DNA of 31,193 nucleotides, from contig CAZRAS010000001.1 of assembly GCA_964598045.1 (NCBI GenBank), positions 1 through 31,193 of the forward strand, given 5' to 3'. Positions 16,619 through 23,834 of this stretch are shown piece by piece. This DNA comes from an uncultured Clostridia bacterium. Lineage in GTDB: Bacteria > Bacillota > Clostridia > Christensenellales > Borkfalkiaceae. Made by a program: the position numbers and the translations under genes. Every line of letters begins with the position of its first letter. Position 1 is the first letter of the stretch. Below the pieces are notes generated by a model. The model was not told the origin of the DNA and did not search any database. It worked only from the letters and a program-made list of their open reading frames with translations.

Positions 16619-16711
16619 TTATGCTTCCACGGTGATTTCATATTCGGTCGTCACGCCTGCAAAAGTAACGAGAACAGTTTTCGTGCCGACTTCGTCTGCC
16701 GTGAATACGTA
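16619..16711 (-). pseudogene. Orphan 3' remnant resembling the C-terminus of a bacterial Ig-like domain
   Basis: Reads YVFTADEVGTKTVLVTFAGVTTEYEITVEA-stop with genome-like codons; in-frame TGA shortly upstream and no start codon. Confidence 0.45.
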
Positions 16712-16914
16712 TGGTATTCTTCAAAAAACTCTAAAAATCGTCTTTTTTCCCTCTTAAAAACATTTTTCATCCTGTCCTTCTCTAAAAACGACGAAGACGG
16801 GCATACCATGTCCGCGTTGAATCATTTTTTTATAAAAATGAAGGCGCCATGTACGAGTTCATTTTTTTCTTTCTCTCTTTATTCGCAAAAATCGAACTTT
16901 TTAATCCGCTAAGC

Positions 16915-16957
16915 AAAAAAAGAAGAGTTTCGTATAACGCGAAAGCTCTCCTCTTTT
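16915..16957 (-). terminator. Terminator of the ABC exporter operon
   Basis: Imperfect AGAG-TTTCG / CGAAA-CTCT stem followed by a U-run on the minus strand. Confidence 0.6.
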
Positions 16958-16994
16958 CAGTTTTTTTCAACCGTTCGATCGCCGATAAAGGATA

Positions 16995-18806
16995 TTAGGC
17001 GAATTGACTGTAATAAAGCGCCGCATACGCTCCGTTTTGTTCAAGCAATTGTTTATGATTGCCTTGCTCCACGATGTTGCCGTGTTCCATATACAAGATC
17101 ACGTCCGCGTCTCGAATGGTGGAAAGGCGATGCGCAATGACAAAACTCGTTCTGCCCTTCATCAATTTTTTCATCGCTTTGCTGATTTCCATTTCCGTCC
17201 GCGTATCCACGCTCGACGTTGCCTCGTCCAAGATGATGACGGGAGGATCGCAAAGGAAAACGCGTGCGATCGTGATCAACTGTCTTTGTCCGACGGAAAG
17301 CGTATCCGATTCATTGTCCAAAATCGTATCGTACCCCTTCGGCATCGTACGGATAAAATAATCGACCTTCGCCGCCTTTGCCGCCGCCTGAATTTCCTCC
17401 ATCGTGGCGTCAGGCTTTCCGTACGCGATGTTTTCGGCAACCGTGCCGCCGAACAGCCACGTATCTTGCAACACCATGCCGAAATTATGCCGTAATTCTT
17501 TTCTTGTCATGTTCGTCGTCGGCACTCCGTCCAAAAGGATTTGTCCGCCGTTCACCTCGTAGAATCTCATCAACAGATTGATAAGCGTTGTTTTTCCTGC
17601 CCCCGTCGAACCGACAACGGCAATCTTCTGTCCGGGGTTTGCCCTAAAATCAATATGCTTCATCAACACCTTATCGGGCGTATAACCAAAGCTTACGTTT
17701 TGAAACTCAACCTCTCCCGTTGCTTTCTCCACACAAACGGGCATCGCCGTATCGGGCACTTCTTCCTCCGCATCGATAAAGGCAAAGGTGCGTTCAGCCG
17801 AGGCAAGCGCCGATTGCAAGGAGTTGAGCATATAGGACGTTTCCGTCAAAGGTTCTCCTGCCATATTGATATACTGGAAGAACGCCTGCACGACACCGAT
17901 CGTCATTTTGCCGCTGAGGATCCAAGAGCAAGCGATCAGCATGATCACCGCCTGCGACACACGAGAAAGCAATCGAATCAAGGGATTGACGCACGTTTGT
18001 AAAAAGTCCGTTTTTCTCGTCCCTTCGCGAAGTTCGTCAACGGCATCGTCGATTTTGTCAACACTCTCTTTTTCGTGATTGTACGCGCGAATGACATCCC
18101 GTCCCGTATAATATTCCTCCACAAGTCCCGTAAGAGTCGCAAATCCCTCTTGCCGTTCCATAGAGAAAAAGAGATTCTTTTTTGAAATCAATTTCGTAAT
18201 CAACAAGCTGACCGCGGTAAACACAAGGAAGGCAAGTGTCAAAACGGCACTGTAATAGAACATAAAAGCAAGTGCCCCGACGAGCGTTCCGATCGCCGTA
18301 ATCAATTTCAACAACCCCGTTTGCAACGTCTCCGAAACTTTATCCAAATCGTTGGTAACTCGGCTTAAAATTTCGCCCGGCTTATTCCCGTCAAAAAACT
18401 TCAACGGAAGTTTATTCAGCTTATGACTGATCTGCGTACGCAATGTCAAAATCAGTCTTTCCGCAACACTCGCCATCAGGTATCCTTGCAAATGATAGAC
18501 GACCGCCGACAATATATACATGATGCACAAAGACAGCATCTGTATGCCGAGCGTATCCCAAGGCATCGTAAATTTCGTTCCGTTTTCCACGGCATTCTTG
18601 ATCGTCGCCAACAACAAGTCGATCACGCCTGCGCTGTAATAAGGAGTATACACGCTCAAAAATACATACAACAGAATGCAAATTCCGACAAAGAGTAAGC
18701 GGATTCTTTGATTTTTTAATTGTCCGAATAATCGAACGGCTGTTTTGAAGGTATTCTCAGGCACTTCTTCGTTGAAGTTTTCCTGCTTTTCTCGATCCTT
18801 GCTCAT
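16995..18806 (-). CDS. Heterodimeric multidrug ABC exporter, subunit B (consensus ATPase site; TM288/EfrB-like)
   Basis: TMD plus NBD, GSTGAGKT, LSVGQRQL, IILDEATSSVD, IAHRLST. Confidence 0.92.
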   Translation of the reverse strand: MSKDREKQENFNEEVPENTFKTAVRLFGQLKNQRIRLLFVGICILLYVFLSVYTPYYSAGVIDLLLATIKNAVENGTKFTMPWDTLGIQMLSLCIMYILSAVVYHLQGYLMASVAERLILTLRTQISHKLNKLPLKFFDGNKPGEILSRVTNDLDKVSETLQTGLLKLITAIGTLVGALAFMFYYSAVLTLAFLVFTAVSLLITKLISKKNLFFSMERQEGFATLTGLVEEYYTGRDVIRAYNHEKESVDKIDDAVDELREGTRKTDFLQTCVNPLIRLLSRVSQAVIMLIACSWILSGKMTIGVVQAFFQYINMAGEPLTETSYMLNSLQSALASAERTFAFIDAEEEVPDTAMPVCVEKATGEVEFQNVSFGYTPDKVLMKHIDFRANPGQKIAVVGSTGAGKTTLINLLMRFYEVNGGQILLDGVPTTNMTRKELRHNFGMVLQDTWLFGGTVAENIAYGKPDATMEEIQAAAKAAKVDYFIRTMPKGYDTILDNESDTLSVGQRQLITIARVFLCDPPVIILDEATSSVDTRTEMEISKAMKKLMKGRTSFVIAHRLSTIRDADVILYMEHGNIVEQGNHKQLLEQNGAYAALYYSQFA

Positions 18807-20536
18807 GCTTCTTCCGCCTCCTTTGTTTGAGAATCATAAATTTCTTTATATACCGAACAGCTTTCTAAAAGTTCCTCGTGCGTTCCTATGCCGACCGGTT
18901 CCCCTTCGTTCAGCACGATAATGTTCTCCGCATGCAAAATCGTGCTGATTCGCTGCGCGATGATCACCACCGCCGCCTCTCTCGTTTCGGGGCCGAGTGC
19001 CTTTCTAAGCGCCGCGTCCGTCTTAAAATCGAGCGCCGAAAAACTGTCGTCGAAAATGTAGAGTTCGGGCTTTTTCACAAGCGCCCTTGCGATCGAAAGA
19101 CGTTGTCTTTGTCCGCCCGAGAAATTTGTCCCCCCTTGCGCGACAAACGCCTCCAAGCCCTCGGGGAGCGCTTCCACAAATTCTTTTGCCTGCGCGATCT
19201 CGAGGGCATGCCAAAGCTCCTCATCCGTCGCATTCGGGTTGCCGTAACGAAGGTTTTCGGCAATCGTGCCGGCAAACAACCACGCTTTTTGTTGCACGAA
19301 AGATAAATGCTCGCGAAGCTGGTATTGCGGCATATCGCGAAGATCCACGCCGTCCAAAAGAATTTTTCCCTCCGTCACTTCGTTAAATCTCATCATCAAA
19401 GAAGCAATCGTAGATTTTCCGCTCCCCGTGCCCCCGATGATCGCCGTCGTTTGTCCGCGCTTACAATCGAAGGTTACGTTTTTCAATGCGTATTCGTCCG
19501 AATCGGCAAAACGGAAAGACACGTTTTGAAAAGAGAGTACGTTTTCGTCTTTTTGCTCCTCCACACGACCTTCCACCCGATCGTAAATCGTCGGATTGTA
19601 TTCCAGCACTTCCCCGATACGATCGCAGCACTCCAACGCACGAGGCAAGGTTAAAATAACCGATTGCGCCATCATCAAAAAGAAGAGCGCAAGCATCGCA
19701 TACTCGATGATTGCCGTGATGTCCCCGATTTCAAAACGCCCCGCCGTAATGCGTGCGCCGCTCAAATAATAGACAAGAACCACGAACATATTGACGGCAA
19801 AAAAGGAAATACTGTCAATAAAGACAAATTGTTTATTCACTTTGATCGACGTTTTGGCATAGCTTTGAAATTCGCCGTTTAAGCGGTTTTCTTCGTGTTC
19901 TTCCTTGTTGAAAGCACGAATCACGCGCACGCCCGTAATATTTTCAAGCAACACCTTGCTCATGCGATCGAGCTTTTTTTGAAGAACTCGAAAGATCGGA
20001 GAGGCGGAACGCATCACGAAAAGGAACACGACCAAAATAACCACGAGCACGCCGAGCAAGATCAAACCGAGCAAACAATCGATGCGGAAGGCAAACACGA
20101 GGGATACCACAAAGATAAACGGCACGGGAAAGAGCATTTGGAAACAATAGCTGAGCGCAAATTGAATGTTCGTGATATCCGACACCGTTCTCGTCGTAAG
20201 CGAAGCCGTACCAAACGAACGGAAATCCGCAACGGATAAACGCATACTCTTTTCATACAATGCCTTTCTCATATCCGCGCCCACTTTCGAGGTCAAATCG
20301 GCACAGACGTACGCCCCGAGAATCATTGCCGCGCCCGATATGACGGCGGCAATCAACATTTTGATACAGATCGTCAGAAGGGCAGAAAATTCCGCGCCAG
20401 CCGTCGTCCCGATATTCAACATATCCGCCGCATACGTAGGAATGACAAGCGCCCCGATTACGTCAATAAAGGACAATAAAATCGTGATTACGCACAATTT
20501 CCAATGCGGCTTCAAAAAACGTAAAATTGTTTTCAT
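18803..20536 (-). CDS. Heterodimeric multidrug ABC exporter, subunit A (degenerate site; TM287/EfrA-like)
   Basis: GGTGSGKS, FSGGQRQR, YIFDDSFSALD (catalytic E to D), IAQR (H to Q); ATGA overlap with subunit B. Confidence 0.92.
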   Translation of the reverse strand: MKTILRFLKPHWKLCVITILLSFIDVIGALVIPTYAADMLNIGTTAGAEFSALLTICIKMLIAAVISGAAMILGAYVCADLTSKVGADMRKALYEKSMRLSVADFRSFGTASLTTRTVSDITNIQFALSYCFQMLFPVPFIFVVSLVFAFRIDCLLGLILLGVLVVILVVFLFVMRSASPIFRVLQKKLDRMSKVLLENITGVRVIRAFNKEEHEENRLNGEFQSYAKTSIKVNKQFVFIDSISFFAVNMFVVLVYYLSGARITAGRFEIGDITAIIEYAMLALFFLMMAQSVILTLPRALECCDRIGEVLEYNPTIYDRVEGRVEEQKDENVLSFQNVSFRFADSDEYALKNVTFDCKRGQTTAIIGGTGSGKSTIASLMMRFNEVTEGKILLDGVDLRDMPQYQLREHLSFVQQKAWLFAGTIAENLRYGNPNATDEELWHALEIAQAKEFVEALPEGLEAFVAQGGTNFSGGQRQRLSIARALVKKPELYIFDDSFSALDFKTDAALRKALGPETREAAVVIIAQRISTILHAENIIVLNEGEPVGIGTHEELLESCSVYKEIYDSQTKEAEEA

Positions 20537-20577
20537 ATCTTCACCTCATTTGCTTGATTTTTTTCACAACATACGCT

Positions 20578-20608
20578 ATTATAGACTATATAGTAACTAT
20601 ACAGTCAA
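20578..20608 (-). promoter_or_regulatory. MerR-type promoter with 19-bp spacer and dyad operator
   Basis: TTGACT (20608-20603), 19 nt, TATAAT (20583-20578); GACTATATAGT-A-ACTATACAGTC dyad at 20584-20606 with one mismatched pair. Confidence 0.88.
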
Positions 20609-20620
20609 GAGTATTTGCCT

Positions 20621-21439
20621 ATGTTTTCAAAAAAATATTTAACAATTTCAGAGTTTGCGAAAATTTCGGGCGTCAGCAGACAAACGCTCATCTATTACGA
20701 CCGCATCGGGCTCTTCTCCCCTGCCCATATCGCAAACAATCAATATAGAATGTACTTGCATAAACAAGTGGATACAATCGGCATCGTCACCATTTTAAGC
20801 GATTTGGGCGTCCCCTTGAAGAAGATTAAAGAGGTTTTAACCGACATCTCCGTTGACACCATGGAACAAACGCTTGGATACCAATTAAACGTCCTTCAAG
20901 AAAAAATCGAAAAGCTTACAGCCTTAAAGGAGATGACGCAAATTCGATTGGAACAGATCGAAGAAGGAAAGGCGTTTTTTAACGACGGCGTTCCCTTTAC
21001 AATCAAAGAAATCACAGAGGACGTTCCCGTTCGCACGGGCGAAAAAATCGATTGCAAACAAGGCTGCATCGACGATGACACCGTCGTCCGATTTTTCGAC
21101 GATATCGAAAGGCACAATCTGCCTTTAATTTTCACTTTCGGATATATGAAAAACGCGGAAGATATTTTGCAGAACATCCCCGACTTCGTTTCCCGCATGT
21201 GGTTTCGTCTGAAAGATAAAAAATATGCCAACGGATTTATTACGAAGGGTAGGTATTTATTCGGATATGCCAGAGGCGATTACGGAAAAGCCAATTATAT
21301 TTACGACGACCTCGTCCGATACGCAAAAGAACACGACCTAACCATTGTCGGAAAGGTGTACGAAGAATATTTAATCGACGAGCTGTATGAAAAAAATCCG
21401 AACGATTTTCTTTTACGGATTTTCGTAAAAATACGCTAA
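20621..21439 (+). CDS. MerR family regulator with C-terminal GyrI-like domain (BltR/BmrR type)
   Basis: LTISEFAKISGVSRQTLIYYDRIGLF HTH, NQYRMY, coiled coil, VYEEYLID C-terminus; divergent from the exporter. Confidence 0.92.
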   Translation: MFSKKYLTISEFAKISGVSRQTLIYYDRIGLFSPAHIANNQYRMYLHKQVDTIGIVTILSDLGVPLKKIKEVLTDISVDTMEQTLGYQLNVLQEKIEKLTALKEMTQIRLEQIEEGKAFFNDGVPFTIKEITEDVPVRTGEKIDCKQGCIDDDTVVRFFDDIERHNLPLIFTFGYMKNAEDILQNIPDFVSRMWFRLKDKKYANGFITKGRYLFGYARGDYGKANYIYDDLVRYAKEHDLTIVGKVYEEYLIDELYEKNPNDFLLRIFVKIR

Positions 21440-21484
21440 ACAAGTCACCACCTCGTCGATAACAAAAATATACAAGAATATAGC

Positions 21485-21525
21485 AAAAAAACAGCCGATG
21501 GAGTTACCATCGACTGTCTCTTTTT
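21485..21525. terminator. Bidirectional terminator
   Basis: ACAG-c-CGATGG-agtta-CCATCG-a-CTGT flanked by A and T runs between convergent genes. Confidence 0.7.
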
Positions 21526-21622
21526 ACTTACTACGCGGTAAGTGTTGAATTTAATTGCATTTCTGCACGATTGTATACGTTCTTACCCATCGGTTAATAA
21601 CCGAATGCCGAACGAAACGTTA

Positions 21623-23389
21623 TCACGAGAAACTTACGGAAATCGTGCCGTCTGCGTTCGTCCAAGTACCGGTTGCATCGCAATTGGCGAAAGGTCCGAA
21701 ACCGTCCACGTGCAATTTCGCACTGCCGTCTGCCAACAATTCCAAAGTACCGGTAATCGCTTCATTCATGCCGCCCAAACCGGCTAACGTATACGAATAG
21801 GTGGAACCTGCCGTTGCCGTTGCTTTCAAGGTACCCGTCAAATTAGAATTATTATTCATGAAGTTAATTCCAACGCTGATAGATGCAGCACCTGCCGTGA
21901 AGGAAGGAGTCGTTGTAGGCGTAATGGCCATATTGCTGCCTCCGCCACCGCCGCCTTGGTTGTTGCCGCCGCCTTGGTTGTTGCCGCCGCCTTGGTTGTT
22001 GCCACTGCTAGTGTTCTTCCAATTAGCATCCACTTCGGAATACAAGGAAGCTCTGCCGTTCAATTCTTCGACGGGCCGATAATCCCCTTCGTATGCGTTG
22101 GTCGCATCGAAGCTGAGGGTATACGTGCCGTCCGATTCTACGTGATAGAAACCTTCGCAAATAACGTCAGGGCAGTAATATACGCCTGCGTTCATTGAGT
22201 CCGTCTTGAAATACTGATATTCGATTTCCAATTCGAACGTGCCGTCGGCGAAGAAGTCGAGCTGGCCGAACAAGATGGGCGAGTTGCCGCTTCCGGGAGA
22301 TTTCTTCGGCGAAGCAACGATGTTGGAAGTACCTTTAATACGTACGTCGAAGGAGTAAATCGCACCCGTCTTCGCCGTGTATCCCTTTTCCGTCCACAAA
22401 GGATAAGCTCTAAACGTACATTTATTATTGTTCGTGGTCGACGAACCGAATTCAACGCCGTCTTCGAGTTTCACTTCCGCATAGGATTTATCGGTGGGCA
22501 CGTCGGTAGGTTTGAATCCCGTAAATACGAAGGGAAATTCAAACTTATTGAAGATGCCGCAAGTGTAGCTCGTACCCTCACTGATCATGTTCTTCTTTCC
22601 GTCTACGGAAATCTCGCCTGCGCTCATCGTCATCGTGGGATTGGTAACGTACTTTTCATCCCATTGACAATCGAGGGAAATCGAATAGTCTGCCGTGGTT
22701 ACAGGCAACGTAGCGGTGATTTCCGTGGAGGAAGAGGTCAATTTGCCCGTATCCACGCTCACCTTCGCATTCGTCGACTTATTGGTCAACGTAACCTTGA
22801 CGTTGGTGGGATATGCGGTCTTTCCGTAATCGAAGCCTTTCAACGTAAGTGCGACAGTTCCGCCGTGCACGTTCCAAATGTACTGATTGGAAATGTTGGC
22901 TTTTTCGACTGCGCCTTTCACCGTATAAGTCGTGAAACCTGCATCCGATTCTTCGAGCGTGCCGCCTTCTGCGGGATAAGCCACGACACGGACGAACCAA
23001 TCCTGATAGGAATATTCCTGTTTAAGATCGGTCATGTTGCCGGTGTAGTTTTCACTGCCGTCCTCTTGTACGGTAACGCTGCCGAGCGCGTCCAACGAAC
23101 CGATCGTTTCATACACGGAAACAACGTAGTGATCTGCGTTTGCCACCTTATTAAAGGTATATTTTCCGTTTTCGATGCTGATCTCAGGGGCATCCAACGC
23201 GTTTTCTCTCTTCGTCGTCGTGCCGCCGTTGATCGCGTCATTGTAGTTTTTGAAGTTTTCGATTACCGTTTTAATGGAATCGAAATAGATTTTGGATTGT
23301 TCGCTCAAACGAGAGCTGCATCCCGCAAGCATCGGTACGCATAAGCAACCTGTGATTGCGAGTGCGATAATTTTCTTAGATTTTTTCAT
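21623..23389 (-). CDS. Lipoprotein with an Fn3/Ig-like N-terminal region, G/N/Q linker and duplicated beta-rich module
   Basis: Signal peptide with lipobox LAG-C (Cys24); Fn3-like LDAP..ADHYVVSVY..VRVVAY segment; last gene of the GH3 operon. Confidence 0.8.
   Translation of the reverse strand: MKKSKKIIALAITGCLCVPMLAGCSSRLSEQSKIYFDSIKTVIENFKNYNDAINGGTTTKRENALDAPEISIENGKYTFNKVANADHYVVSVYETIGSLDALGSVTVQEDGSENYTGNMTDLKQEYSYQDWFVRVVAYPAEGGTLEESDAGFTTYTVKGAVEKANISNQYIWNVHGGTVALTLKGFDYGKTAYPTNVKVTLTNKSTNAKVSVDTGKLTSSSTEITATLPVTTADYSISLDCQWDEKYVTNPTMTMSAGEISVDGKKNMISEGTSYTCGIFNKFEFPFVFTGFKPTDVPTDKSYAEVKLEDGVEFGSSTTNNNKCTFRAYPLWTEKGYTAKTGAIYSFDVRIKGTSNIVASPKKSPGSGNSPILFGQLDFFADGTFELEIEYQYFKTDSMNAGVYYCPDVICEGFYHVESDGTYTLSFDATNAYEGDYRPVEELNGRASLYSEVDANWKNTSSGNNQGGGNNQGGGNNQGGGGGGSNMAITPTTTPSFTAGAASISVGINFMNNNSNLTGTLKATATAGSTYSYTLAGLGGMNEAITGTLELLADGSAKLHVDGFGPFANCDATGTWTNADGTISVSFS
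21948..22001. repeat. 3 x 18-bp perfect in-frame tandem repeat encoding (NNQGGG)3
   Basis: ccgccgccttggttgttg repeated exactly three times. Confidence 0.95.
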
Positions 23390-23391
23390 GA

Positions 23392-23832
23392 TTAGTTCTC
23401 CTTTCCCTTAAAACAAGAGATGATGCCGCAAATACAAGCGATCAAACCTACCACGATGATAATTGCAGGCAATACGGGACCGCCTTCGGAGTTGAAGAAG
23501 TTGAACGTACCGAACAAAACGCCGTTCTGGGAAATGTTCCCCCACGTATCTGCCCATACGTTGTAGCTGTTGGTGATGAAAAGTCCCAAACCGAACGCTG
23601 CGCACAATTCGCCGGCAAGCCCGAACCATGCCGTCACTTTATTATACGCAATCGCAGGGATCACCCAAAGAACCGCACCGATTCCCAACGTAAGGATAAC
23701 TGCGATATCAAAATACTGGCTATACATACTGCCGTGGATAAAGGCGAGAACTGCCGTTACCACTGCCAACAATGCTGCGAGCAAAGTGGGTGCATTACTT
23801 TTTTTAGTTACTTCTTGTACACGTTCTTTCAT
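23392..23832 (-). CDS. Small 4-TM membrane protein of the GH3 operon
   Basis: Four hydrophobic helices; TAA-TC-ATG junctions on both sides. Confidence 0.82.
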   Translation of the reverse strand: MKERVQEVTKKSNAPTLLAALLAVVTAVLAFIHGSMYSQYFDIAVILTLGIGAVLWVIPAIAYNKVTAWFGLAGELCAAFGLGLFITNSYNVWADTWGNISQNGVLFGTFNFFNSEGGPVLPAIIIVVGLIACICGIISCFKGKEN

Positions 23833-23834
23833 GA

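Noticed and set aside
16487-16912. 141-aa plus-strand ORF in the pnuC-ABC intergenic region
   Set aside because: No RBS, low-complexity F/K/S composition, overlaps pnuC promoter elements.
21948-22001. Possible CRISPR or other non-coding repeat array
   Set aside because: Head-to-tail 18-bp repeats without spacers, in frame within a lipoprotein linker.
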